A DNA stretch of 61,465 bases from a virus. Taxonomy: Duplodnaviria > Caudoviricetes. The stretch lies in the IMG/VR virus record IMGVR_UViG_3300019889_000016, positions 1-61,465 of that record. One strand, given 5' to 3'. The notes below the pieces were generated by a model, which worked only from the letters and a program-made list of their open reading frames with translations, was not told the DNA's origin and made no database searches. The position numbers and the translations under genes were made by a program. Of this stretch, positions 8,855 through 17,100 are shown piece by piece; position 1 is the first letter of the stretch; the number at the start of each line of letters is the position of its first letter.

Positions 8855-9847
8855 TCATGCGGCGACGGCGGCGACCTCCCGGATCAGGCCCAGCGCCTTG
8901 GCCTTGAGCGCCTCGGGCCGCAGGATGGTGCGACCGACGTAGCTGTCCCGGTTGCGGAAACCCCGCACGTGGTCCAGGTATTCGGTCGACGCCTGCAGCA
9001 GCCCGTAGGCGGTGCCCCGGATGCCGTCGGTGGTCAGCGACCGCTCGTACAGGCCGGCGAACGTGGCCCGGGCCTTGTCGACGTTGGCGGCGACCCGGTC
9101 GGAGCAATGCTCGCCCCGGTCGGCCGGGGACGGCAGGAACAGCTGGGTGAAGTCCTTCACCTGGCTGTCGTTGACCGGGACCTTGGCCAGCTCCTCGAAC
9201 ATGGCCCGGGTGCGGGCGGATTCGGTGCGCAGGTTGGTCAGGGCGTCCTTGGCGGCGGCGATGCGTTCCTGGACGTTGCCGGTGTGGCGGAACACGTGCC
9301 GGGCACCGGAGCGTTCGCCCTGGTCGTCGGCGGCCTGCCAGGTGTTCCAGCACACCACCCGGATGTCGGTCATGGTCAGCGAGCACGACGCGGACCCGTC
9401 GTGAGCGTTGAGCATGGCCATGAACGGGTAGGTCGGGGAGTCGTCGCCGGGGACCTGGTAGGGCTCGTCCAGCCGGACCAGCGCCCACACCATCGCCCCG
9501 TCCTTCACCGAGCCGGCGGTCTCGAACCGGACGTTGGTGTCGGTGTCGAGCACGGCGTCAATGATGGTGCCCATGTCGGCGTGGGTGATGACGCTGTAGG
9601 CGTCGGAGGCGACGTGGAGCAGGTCACCGGTGTCGTCGCGGACGATGGCCTGGCGGCCGGCGACCTGGACGTTGCCGATCCCGGAGTTGGGGCCGGCGAT
9701 GAAGATCGGGGCCGTGGTCGGCTCCCACATCAGGCCGGCGGCGCGACGGGCGTCATCCCAGTTCTCGGGGTAGTCCTCCAGCAGCGTCTCCTGGCCGTGC
9801 CAGGACGGCTCTCGGACTGCGAAACCGGTGTCGAAGTAGGCGGGCAT
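8855..9847 (-). CDS. DUF932 (phage/plasmid LGT family) protein
   Basis: REPSWHG, FETAGSVKDG, NAHDGS, IRVVCWNT, RHTG and GTAYGLLQASTEYLDH. Confidence 0.85.
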   Translation of the reverse strand: MPAYFDTGFAVREPSWHGQETLLEDYPENWDDARRAAGLMWEPTTAPIFIAGPNSGIGNVQVAGRQAIVRDDTGDLLHVASDAYSVITHADMGTIIDAVLDTDTNVRFETAGSVKDGAMVWALVRLDEPYQVPGDDSPTYPFMAMLNAHDGSASCSLTMTDIRVVCWNTWQAADDQGERSGARHVFRHTGNVQERIAAAKDALTNLRTESARTRAMFEELAKVPVNDSQVKDFTQLFLPSPADRGEHCSDRVAANVDKARATFAGLYERSLTTDGIRGTAYGLLQASTEYLDHVRGFRNRDSYVGRTILRPEALKAKALGLIREVAAVAA

Positions 9848-9887
9848 TTGGGTCCTCCGTGTGTCGGGGGTTGTTGGTGATGTGGAG

Positions 9888-9928
9888 ACCGTACCGCGGT
9901 CACGCCCCGGTGCGCAAGCGCGGTAACG
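9888..9928 (-). promoter_or_regulatory. promoter plus operators
   Basis: CGTTACCGCGC-TTGCGC-N18-TACGGT. Confidence 0.65.
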
Positions 9929-9950
9929 GGATTCGTGGTGGGGCGCGCAA

Positions 9951-9981
9951 CGACCCCCGGGGGTCAGGGTCCCGGGGGTCG
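9951..9981 (-). terminator. hairpin terminator
   Basis: 11-bp stem CGACCCCCGGG / CCCGGGGGTCG after the stop at 9998. Confidence 0.6.
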
Positions 9982-9997
9982 TGCAGGGTGGGGGAGG

Positions 9998-10666
9998 TTA
10001 GACGGTGGCCGAGATGGTCACGTCGTTGGCCAGCGTGTGCGACCAGGCCGTGTTCTCCGGGTCGGAGATCCCCGCGGCGGCCAGCAGCGCCACCAACGCC
10101 GTCGTGTTGACCCGGCCGCCGTCGTCGCCCAGGCCCTTCGTGGCCTGCCATGCGACCGACGACAGCTTGTTCTGCGAGTCGGGCATCGCCCGGTCGCCGA
10201 CGTGGAAGCGGAGCCCGGCGGCCTTGGTGCGCTTCGGGGTGGTGGCCTTCCGGGTGGCGGCCTTCCGGCCGGTGCGGGGCTTGCCCGCGGCATGTGCGCC
10301 GTTCATGGCGTCCAGGTTGGCGGTCGACGGGCGGTCGCCCACTTGGCCGGCCTCGTTCCAGGCCTTGAGCGCCTTCCACTCGTCGCGGGCGACCATCAGG
10401 TCGTAGCCCTCGGGGGCGAACGGCTCCGGGGTCTCGGCGGGGGCTTCGACGACGGGGGTCTCGACGTTGGTGGTCTCGATGGCCTTGATCCGGCGGGAGG
10501 GCTGGCCGCCCGTCTTCCGGGCGGGGCACTTCGGGCAGTCCAGCGTCGCGCCGGGGGCGCAGCGCTCCGGGGACATCGGGAAGTCGTCGCCCTTCGCCCG
10601 GGCCAGCGTGTGGTTGCAGGACAGGCGGACGACGGTGGTGATGGCGTGGGTGGTCGTGGTGGGCAT
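9998..10666 (-). CDS. hypothetical protein (N-terminal Zn-finger, basic linker; possibly DNA-binding)
   Basis: LSCNH...CPKC, K/R/T-rich linker, with its own promoter and terminator. Confidence 0.65.
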   Translation of the reverse strand: MPTTTTHAITTVVRLSCNHTLARAKGDDFPMSPERCAPGATLDCPKCPARKTGGQPSRRIKAIETTNVETPVVEAPAETPEPFAPEGYDLMVARDEWKALKAWNEAGQVGDRPSTANLDAMNGAHAAGKPRTGRKAATRKATTPKRTKAAGLRFHVGDRAMPDSQNKLSSVAWQATKGLGDDGGRVNTTALVALLAAAGISDPENTAWSHTLANDVTISATV

Positions 10667-10708
10667 CGGGTGATCTCCCTGTGTGTCGGGGTGAGTGGTG
10701 ATAGGGAG

Positions 10709-10748
10709 ACGTTACCGCGGTACTCGGTGGAGTGCAAGCGCGGTAACG
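10709..10748 (-). promoter_or_regulatory. promoter plus operators
   Basis: CGTTACCGCGC-TTGCAC-N17-TAACGT. Confidence 0.75.
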
Positions 10749-10758
10749 GGGCGATGCT

Positions 10759-11436
10759 CTACGAGCGGCCACCGGGAGTCGAACCCGGACCGTCACCACG
10801 GGATGGTGCCGGCTCACCTTCGAGCCCTTGGCCGCGGGGGAACGGTACCGCCATGCCAGCCACCACCCGGCGCATGCCCCGATCCAGCGGCATGACGTAG
10901 CGGTGCTTCGGGGGCATCGGGACCCGCTCGGCGTGCGGGTCGACGTGCTCGCGGAGCCACGGGATCGACTGGCCGCCGATGCCGTACGTGGAGTGCAACG
11001 TCTTGGGGTGGACCATGCGGCCGTTGACCCGGTACCACTGGTGGTCGACGGCGCCGGTGTAGGTCCAGTTCCCGGCCTGGTAGATCGTGCCCAGGTGCCC
11101 CTGGCCTTCGTCGGCGAACGACACGATCAGCCGGAGCCCGGGGTTGGTGCGGCGCAGCCAGGCGATGGCCCGGGCGACGACCTGGGTCGTGGGCGACTGA
11201 TGGGTGGTCAACGCCACCCGGACCAGCTCGCACACCTGCGTGGCCGAGCAGCCGAACGCCCGCCCCAGCGCTGGGGCGGCGCCGCGCCCGAACATCACCA
11301 CCCCGATGAACTCGCCGTCTTCCCACGCGCCGGCGCGGACCAGCTTCCCGGACGGCATGCGGCGGGAGTAGTGCCACCTGGTGACGGCGTAGACCGCGGC
11401 GCGGTGCTCGGCCGGTGCCACCACCAGGTCGACCAT
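10759..11436 (-). CDS. mom: Mom-family (GNAT-fold) DNA adenine modification protein
   Basis: WHYS, FIGVVMFG, ELVRVAL, IVSFADEGQGHLGTIYQAGNWTYTG and KHRY are the conserved Mom-like motifs. ATG at 11436 is coupled to the upstream stop. Confidence 0.85.
   Translation of the reverse strand: MVDLVVAPAEHRAAVYAVTRWHYSRRMPSGKLVRAGAWEDGEFIGVVMFGRGAAPALGRAFGCSATQVCELVRVALTTHQSPTTQVVARAIAWLRRTNPGLRLIVSFADEGQGHLGTIYQAGNWTYTGAVDHQWYRVNGRMVHPKTLHSTYGIGGQSIPWLREHVDPHAERVPMPPKHRYVMPLDRGMRRVVAGMAVPFPRGQGLEGEPAPSRGDGPGSTPGGRS
10764..10835 (-). tRNA. atypical tRNA-Gly(CCC)-like element embedded in the 3' end of the mom CDS
   Basis: GCGGCCA-AG-GGCT-CGAAGGTG-AGCC-G-GCACC-ATCCCGT-GGTGA-CGGT-CCGGG-TTCGACT-CCCGG-TGGCCGC-T. 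Perfect 7-bp acceptor stem, D arm with GG, CCC anticodon, perfect T arm, U73; no encoded CCA. Confidence 0.8.
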
Positions 11437-11933
11437 CAGGGGGTGCCGGGGCCGAGCGCGGGCAGCATCGACGGCATCTCGCTGGTGGCGTACGCCCGCT
11501 CGATCTGCGGTGCCATGAAGTCGCTCACCGTGGACCCGTCGGGCAGCACGATGTTGGCCATGAACTCCTGCTCGAACGTGGCCAGGCCGATGTCGACGGC
11601 CTCCAGCTTGGCGGTGATGTTCAGCAGCAGGGCACGCCAGCGTTGGCGAGTGGCCTGTTCCCAGGCGGCCTCGGCGGCCGTCGCCGTCCTGGCGCGGCCG
11701 GTGTCGGTGACCGTGAACTCGTGGTCGTCGCGGTCGGGCATCGGGAGCACGAACCGGACGTAGCGCTCGTGGGCGCGAAACTGGATCACGGCGGTGCCGG
11801 CGGGGCCGACCATGCCCGCGCCGCCCCACCCGTACAGGTACTGGTCGGCGCCGTAGCGGGTGACGACCTTCTCGATCTGTTCGCGGGATCGGTTGGCGGG
11901 GACGTCGGTCCCGGCGGCGTAGCGGCGGGTCAC
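11436..11933 (-). CDS. conserved phage hypothetical protein
   Basis: YAAGTDVPANRSREQIE...QRWRALLL..AKLEAV..G..TFEQEF.ANIVLPDGSTV, a pattern I recognise from phage hypotheticals. Confidence 0.7.
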   Translation of the reverse strand: MTRRYAAGTDVPANRSREQIEKVVTRYGADQYLYGWGGAGMVGPAGTAVIQFRAHERYVRFVLPMPDRDDHEFTVTDTGRARTATAAEAAWEQATRQRWRALLLNITAKLEAVDIGLATFEQEFMANIVLPDGSTVSDFMAPQIERAYATSEMPSMLPALGPGTP

Positions 11934-12523
11934 TGCTCGACGCGTTGGGCCGCGGCAGGGTCAACGGCGGCCCCGCAGTTGTTGCACACCAGGTGGAACT
12001 TGCGGTCGAGGTGCGGCTGGTCGGCGCCGTCGGTCGGCGAGAAGTCCGGAGGCGCCAGCTCGGCGAGCAGGGCGTCGTAGGCCTCGGTCGTGAACCCGGG
12101 AGGCAGACCGGCGGGGGCCTGGGCCATCTCGGTCAGCTGCGCGGCCAGGTCGGGGAGCTTCCACCCGCCTGATTCGGTCAGCCGGTTGGTGGACACCATG
12201 TACGCCTGGGCCTCCTGGTCGTCGGTCGACGACCAGCCGCGCTGGACCGGTACCAGCCACACGCCGTCGCCGGTGAGGATGACCCCCTCGGGCGGGTGGG
12301 CGACGTCGCCGTGGTCGTGCCAGGCGGCGAGCTGGTCGACACGGCCGTGGCCGGCGACCAGTCGGCCGGTGCGTTCGTCGATCTCGGGTTGGGTCGTGAA
12401 CCCGAACCGGCGGATGGACTCGGCGATGCCGGCCTCGTCGTGGTCCTTGACGTTGGCCAGGTCGCGCCGGTCGAGCAGGTCGTCCAGCTCCATGTACTCG
12501 GTGCGGCGGGGCAGGTCAGTCAC
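11930..12523 (-). CDS. ParB N-terminal-like domain protein
   Basis: NVKDHD..IAESIRRFGF, LVAGHGR and STNRLTE..GW, with C-terminal QPHLD..CNNCG. Confidence 0.8.
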   Translation of the reverse strand: MTDLPRRTEYMELDDLLDRRDLANVKDHDEAGIAESIRRFGFTTQPEIDERTGRLVAGHGRVDQLAAWHDHGDVAHPPEGVILTGDGVWLVPVQRGWSSTDDQEAQAYMVSTNRLTESGGWKLPDLAAQLTEMAQAPAGLPPGFTTEAYDALLAELAPPDFSPTDGADQPHLDRKFHLVCNNCGAAVDPAAAQRVEQ

Positions 12524-12744
12524 GCGTTCCTCCACATGGTGTCGATCATGGCATCGAGCCGTTCATCGTCGGCCTGCTCGGTCCACGCGGCCACGAAGCC
12601 GTTGATGCTGGCGGAGGCCCGGCGGGCCACGGCGGGCATGTCGGCCGCTCGGGCCAGGCGCTGCCGGGTCAGCAGGCGCCCGGCGTCGCGCCGGGCCAGC
12701 AGCCGGCGGCGCCGGACGGCGGCCAAGGTGCGGGCGTCATCCAT
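12520..12744 (-). CDS. hypothetical protein
   Basis: MDDARTLAAVRRRR...; coupled. Confidence 0.45.
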   Translation of the reverse strand: MDDARTLAAVRRRRLLARRDAGRLLTRQRLARAADMPAVARRASASINGFVAAWTEQADDERLDAMIDTMWRNA

Positions 12745-14368
12745 GGTCGTGGCCTTCCCGCAGCTGGTCGAGTTCGCCCGCCATGTCCGGCGGGTCGGCG
12801 GCGGTGCGGTCGGCGACGCCGTCCATGAGCGCCACCACGGCGCCGCGGTCGGGCCGGTCGACGCCACCGAGGATGCGGCGCATCGGTTCGCAGGCGGTGA
12901 CGTTCAGCGACTCCCGGGCACGGGTGCACGCCACATACAGCAGGCGCAGCTCGCCGGGCGCGATCTCACCGGACTCCGGGAGATCGAAGTCCGGGCCGAG
13001 GCGGACGGTGGGCCACTCGCGGCCCTTGGCGCGGTGCGCGGTCGAGATGATGACGTCGGCGCCGTCCTCGCCCACGAGCCCGGTGAGGGCGTCGATGACG
13101 ATCTGGGAGCCGTAGTCGTCGAGCAGCTTGACCATGGTGCGCAGGTCGCTGCCACCGGGGTCCTGGTCGACGTAGTCCTGGACCTCGCGCCACGTCTCGA
13201 AGCACGCCAGGTCGGCGTGGGACACCCGTTCGCCGGCCTGCAGTCGGATGGCGGCCTCGGCGAACCGGACGATGTCTTCGCTGCCACCGACCAGGTGTGG
13301 GGCCATGCCGCGTTCCTGGTAGCCGAGCAGCGCCTGGACGGCGGCGCCGTTGGTGCGGCACAGCAACGCCCGCGGGGTCGGAGCACCAATGGCGGTGAAT
13401 GCGTAGACGTCGCCGGGGTAGCCGGGGCGGCCGGTCAACCGCAGCGGCGCGTGGAGGCGGGCTAGCACCTGGTTGGCGACGTGGGCGATGGCCGGCCCGA
13501 ACCGCCACGACTGGGTCAGGAACGTGCGTGGCACGGTGTCGTCGACGGTGTCCATGGCGTTGACCGCGCCGCGCCACTCGTAGATCTGCTGTTGGGTGTC
13601 GCCCACGTAGATGACCTGCTTGCCCAGCTGGTCGGTCAGCCACGCCAGCATCACGGGGGAGGCGTCCTGGGCCTCGTCGAACAGGATGTACTCGCCGGGG
13701 ATCTCGAACCCGGCGAGCTGGGCCATCTTGAGGTAGACGTCGTGGGTGAACCGCAGCCCGCCGGTGGGTGACGTCAGGTCGTCCCATGCCCGCAGCAGGG
13801 CGGGCATCAGCTCCCGGGCCAGCTGGCGGTTGTTGACGTAGGTGCGTTCCCCGTGGTCGTTGCGGGGGTCGATGCCGTCGACGTAGGGGAAGTGCCGGGT
13901 CGCGGGAACGACGTCGGCGCTGTTGCAGAACACGCTGATGGCGCGCATGATGTGCGACGCCTGCCACGCCGGCTGCAGCACCTTCCGGCGGGGCATCCCC
14001 ATCGGGGTCGGGATGTCGACGGCGACGTAGCCGAGCCGGAGCGCTTTCGCTGCCTGCCACGGGGCGATGCGGTTGTGGCGGGTGCGGTCGAGTAGGGCGC
14101 GGCCGTCGGGGTGCTGGTTCTGTAGGGCTCGCCACGCCACCGAGTGCACGGTGCGGGCCTCCACGGACATGGGCATGGCCGCGCCGGCGTCGTTGGCGAT
14201 GGCCTTGTTGAACGCCAGGTAGGTGCCGTTCCGGGCGGTGGTGCCGGCCATCATGGCCAGCGTCGTCGTCTTCCCGGTACCGGCGCCGGCCTCGATGACG
14301 AGGGGGTCGCCGGTAGCGAACAGGTCGACGGCGGCCTGCTGTTCGTCGGTCGGGGTGCGGGTGGTCAT
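12737..14368 (-). CDS. UvrD/REP-type SF1 helicase
   Basis: AGAGTGKT, DEAQD, VGD..QQIYEWRGA, LTQSWRFG, STAHRAKGREW and LLYVACTRA. Confidence 0.92.
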   Translation of the reverse strand: MTTRTPTDEQQAAVDLFATGDPLVIEAGAGTGKTTTLAMMAGTTARNGTYLAFNKAIANDAGAAMPMSVEARTVHSVAWRALQNQHPDGRALLDRTRHNRIAPWQAAKALRLGYVAVDIPTPMGMPRRKVLQPAWQASHIMRAISVFCNSADVVPATRHFPYVDGIDPRNDHGERTYVNNRQLARELMPALLRAWDDLTSPTGGLRFTHDVYLKMAQLAGFEIPGEYILFDEAQDASPVMLAWLTDQLGKQVIYVGDTQQQIYEWRGAVNAMDTVDDTVPRTFLTQSWRFGPAIAHVANQVLARLHAPLRLTGRPGYPGDVYAFTAIGAPTPRALLCRTNGAAVQALLGYQERGMAPHLVGGSEDIVRFAEAAIRLQAGERVSHADLACFETWREVQDYVDQDPGGSDLRTMVKLLDDYGSQIVIDALTGLVGEDGADVIISTAHRAKGREWPTVRLGPDFDLPESGEIAPGELRLLYVACTRARESLNVTACEPMRRILGGVDRPDRGAVVALMDGVADRTAADPPDMAGELDQLREGHDHG

Positions 14369-14387
14369 GTGGGGGTGTCTCCGTGGG

Positions 14388-14690
14388 TTACTGGCCGTCG
14401 CGTCCGCGGCGGGCCTTGAGTAGAGCCTGGCGGACCGACTCAGCGGTGACGCCGAGGTAGTCGGCGATCTCCTTGTTGGTGACCTCCAGCGGGCCGGCCA
14501 ACATCAGGTAGAGCCGGATGCGGCGCTTGTTCTTGGCGTCGACGGGCTTCATGTACTCGACGATGTCGAGCAGCTCGTCGAGCAGCTTGCGGCGCGCGGT
14601 CTCCCGGTCGACGTCGACCAGGAGCTGAGTCACCTCCTGCTCGGGGGTGGGTGTGTCCGCCGTCGGGGCGGCGGTGTCGACGTCGGCCAT
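14388..14690 (-). CDS. HTH DNA-binding protein (sigma region 4-like)
   Basis: TNKEIADYLGVTAESVRQAL. Confidence 0.7.
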   Translation of the reverse strand: MADVDTAAPTADTPTPEQEVTQLLVDVDRETARRKLLDELLDIVEYMKPVDAKNKRRIRLYLMLAGPLEVTNKEIADYLGVTAESVRQALLKARRGRDGQ

Positions 14691-14693
14691 GGC

Positions 14694-15080
14694 TCAGACC
14701 GGGGCCGGCTCGGCGGCGAAGTCGTCGGCCGGGTCGTCCACGTCGTCGGCCTCGTCGTCGTCGTAGGGGAGCGACTGCACGCCCTTGGCCTCTTCGACGC
14801 GGCGGCGCTGCTGCTCCAGCAGCTCCTCCACCAGGCCCGGGTCGATGATCGCGGCGTTGTCGACGCGCAGCACGTGGATGCGCTCCAACACGTCGGTGTC
14901 CTTCACCTTGTCGTGGCGGACCTTGACGACCTCGAACTCGATGACGACGGTGCCGCGTTCGCCGTGGTGCATCTCCAGGCTGTTGACGGCCAGCGCCTTG
15001 TTGAGGCCGCCGGACGCTCCGGGCATCTCGATGCCTGACGCGACCACGTCGCGGTCCTCGAACGGTGTGAGCGATCCCAT
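14694..15080 (-). CDS. hypothetical protein
   Basis: AGGA RBS, natural composition, acidic tail. Confidence 0.65.
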   Translation of the reverse strand: MGSLTPFEDRDVVASGIEMPGASGGLNKALAVNSLEMHHGERGTVVIEFEVVKVRHDKVKDTDVLERIHVLRVDNAAIIDPGLVEELLEQQRRRVEEAKGVQSLPYDDDEADDVDDPADDFAAEPAPV

Positions 15081-15105
15081 GTGTGGGGTGTCCTTCCTGT
15101 TGGGG

Positions 15106-15130
15106 GTTACCGCGCTACGTTAGCGCGGTC
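15106..15130. promoter_or_regulatory. tandem operator copies
   Basis: GTTACCGCGCTAC followed by GTTAGCGCGGTC, upstream of the start at 15080. Confidence 0.6.
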
Positions 15131-15533
15131 CGCGCTGTCGGGCGGTGGCCAGCTCCCGGTAGGCGATCAACCGGTCGACCGGATCGAACCCGTAGACCCG
15201 GGGCGCCGACTTCGGGTCACGCATCCACGCTTGAATGTCGGGCCATGGGTCCCGGGGTCGCAGCACCCACGCCCGGGCGTTGGGCACCTCGGCGTAGAGC
15301 GACAGCACCGCCCGCTGGGCGCCCTCCAGGCGGCCACGGTCGGCCTTGACTTCGATGGCCAGGAGCCGGGGCGGACGGAGCGCGATCAGGTCCGGCTGGC
15401 CTTTCAGCGTGCAACCGGTGCGCCAGAACCCCTGCTTGGTGAGCAGCGGGTAGGTGTGCGCGACGACGTAGCCGAACACCTCCAGCGCCGCCACCAGGGT
15501 GGCCTGCCACTCCTTCTCCGTCGGCCCCGGCAC
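15120..15533 (-). CDS. VRR-NUC / PD-(D/E)xK nuclease (Holliday-resolvase-like)
   Basis: TEKEWQ, GQPDLIA, IEVK..GRL..Q. Confidence 0.8.
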   Translation of the reverse strand: MPGPTEKEWQATLVAALEVFGYVVAHTYPLLTKQGFWRTGCTLKGQPDLIALRPPRLLAIEVKADRGRLEGAQRAVLSLYAEVPNARAWVLRPRDPWPDIQAWMRDPKSAPRVYGFDPVDRLIAYRELATARQRGPR

Positions 15534-15536
15534 CGG

Positions 15537-16010
15537 TCAGTCGACTACCACGACGTCGGGCTCGTCGGACTCCCCGGGCTCCCCGTCCAGGTCGGCCATC
15601 ATCAGCGTCGGGGTCCCGTCGGTGAACGTGATGTAGGCGCCGTCGACCCGCACCCGGATGGTGCCGTCGTCGAGCACGTCCCACAGCGGCAGTTCCTCGT
15701 CGCCGTGGTCGTCGGCCCACGACTCGACGGCGTCGCGGACCGCGTCCACGACCCGAGTCCACGCCGCCGACGCGGTCGCCACGTCGGGCTGCAAGCGCAC
15801 GACGTCGGCGGCGGCGAACCGGACGCGGCGGCGCTGCTTGGAATCCTCCGGGGCGTCGGGCCGGCGGCCGTAGGCGTCGACCACCTCACCGGTGCCGTTC
15901 CATGTCTTGCGCACCTCGTCGATGACGAGCGGCCCGTACCGGTCGGTGTCGATCACCATGTTGGGCGCCAACCTGGCGGCCTCGGCGGCGCTGTAGATCT
16001 CGATCTTCAC
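15537..16010 (-). CDS. hypothetical protein
   Basis: GGAGG RBS, GTG start VKIEIYS. Confidence 0.6.
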   Translation of the reverse strand: MKIEIYSAAEAARLAPNMVIDTDRYGPLVIDEVRKTWNGTGEVVDAYGRRPDAPEDSKQRRRVRFAAADVVRLQPDVATASAAWTRVVDAVRDAVESWADDHGDEELPLWDVLDDGTIRVRVDGAYITFTDGTPTLMMADLDGEPGESDEPDVVVVD

Positions 16011-16219
16011 GTGCTGTCCTCCGTGGGTATCTCGGGTGTGTCGAGGGTGGCGGGGTAGCGGCATCGGATGGTGCCGGGCTGGCCCAGGTCGCCGCTGATG
16101 GCGTGGTCCTTGCGGCGCCACGGCCGGGCGGGGGTACCGCCGCGGTGGCGTTCGGCCCGGGGTCGGAGCAACGGGACGTCGCGCTGGCAGCCCGGGCAGC
16201 GGCCGGTCAGCGGCGCCAT
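16007..16219 (-). CDS. small Cys-containing hypothetical protein
   Basis: MAPLTGRCPGCQR...H...C. Confidence 0.5.
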   Translation of the reverse strand: MAPLTGRCPGCQRDVPLLRPRAERHRGGTPARPWRRKDHAISGDLGQPGTIRCRYPATLDTPEIPTEDST

Positions 16220-16644
16220 ACCGTGCCTGCCCGCACTTTGCGGATGAGGGTGCGCGACACGCCGTGGCGGGCGGCCAGCTCGCGCTGGGAGTCGGACGAC
16301 GCCCGGATGTCGGCGACATCGGCCGCGGTCAGCTTGGCGTTGGGATGGGCTTCGCCCAGCAGGCGCCGGCCACGGCCCTTCCGTTCGGCGTCGCGGACGT
16401 TGACGAGCTGCGTGGCGCGGACCAGGTGGTCGTAGCGGAAGCACGGCGGGTTGTCGCACGTGTGCATCACCACCTCGCCCGGCGACAGTGGCCCCTCGAC
16501 CTGCTCCACCACCCACCGGTGCAGCTGGACCAGTTGGCGGCCACGACGGCGGCCCCGAGCGTCGACGCGTGGTGGTCCGAACGACACGCGGCCGTACCCG
16601 TGGCCGTTGTCGGGGCCGCGGTAGACGAGGCAGTCAGTGGCCAC
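16207..16644 (-). CDS. HNH endonuclease with C-terminal HTH
   Basis: GYG..., HRWV, MHTCDNPPCFRYDHL, N..D, GEAHPNAKLT and LAARHGVSRTLI. Confidence 0.85.
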   Translation of the reverse strand: MATDCLVYRGPDNGHGYGRVSFGPPRVDARGRRRGRQLVQLHRWVVEQVEGPLSPGEVVMHTCDNPPCFRYDHLVRATQLVNVRDAERKGRGRRLLGEAHPNAKLTAADVADIRASSDSQRELAARHGVSRTLIRKVRAGTVWRR

Positions 16645-16870
16645 GGTCCCTCCACTCGTCAGCGTTGGGGCAGGTCTGGAAATGCGTCGTGTGGACGGGG
16701 TGCTCGGCCATCAGCGGGGACTGGCCGTGGACGATCGCCCTCGGGCCGGCGGGCGTGGGGATGAGTTCGACGTTGCCGGCGGGGTTGGGTTCGGCGTCGA
16801 TGGGCATCGCCTTGCCCTTGTTGGTGGTGGCCCAGATGATCTCGGCGTTGCAGCTGCGGCAGGTGCTCAT
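16634..16870 (-). CDS. small Zn-binding phage protein
   Basis: CRSCNAEIIWATT.KGKAMPIDAEP...HFQTCP. Confidence 0.7.
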   Translation of the reverse strand: MSTCRSCNAEIIWATTNKGKAMPIDAEPNPAGNVELIPTPAGPRAIVHGQSPLMAEHPVHTTHFQTCPNADEWRDRGH

Positions 16871-17100
16871 GTCGTTCGCCCACGGAACCAGGCGACACAG
16901 CGGTGGCACGCCCGGGGGTGGTCGGGGTCGAACGGCACGGGCTTGCCGTTCTCGCGCAGCGAGTAGGGCGTGATGCTGGTCCCGCAGGCGGCCCGATGGT
17001 TGCGGCCCCACCGGCTGGCCTGCACGTGCGTGTGGATGTGCCGGAGGGGGCCGCGCTCGTTGTACTGGTTCCGGCAGGTGATGCCGACGACGTAGCTCAT
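16867..17100 (-). CDS. hypothetical protein
   Basis: H...ACG...CHRC; coupled. Confidence 0.5.
   Translation of the reverse strand: MSYVVGITCRNQYNERGPLRHIHTHVQASRWGRNHRAACGTSITPYSLRENGKPVPFDPDHPRACHRCVAWFRGRTT

Noticed and set aside
10764-10835. tRNA-like sequence as an attP/attR remnant of integration
   Set aside because: It is a full cloverleaf with non-canonical positions rather than a host-like 3' half, it sits in frame inside a gene, and no integrase is visible.
11437-11964. N-terminal extension of the Mom ORF to 401 aa (similar extensions at 3559-5199, 5458-6693, 6835-8121, 26541-27539 and 31686-34007)
   Set aside because: The extensions are Arg/Pro-rich out-of-frame readings of upstream genes, and better coupled or RBS-supported starts exist.
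11930-12523. ParB as evidence of a plasmid-prophage partition system
   Set aside because: There is no ParA and no HTH/dimerisation domain; the architecture matches modification-associated ParB-like proteins.
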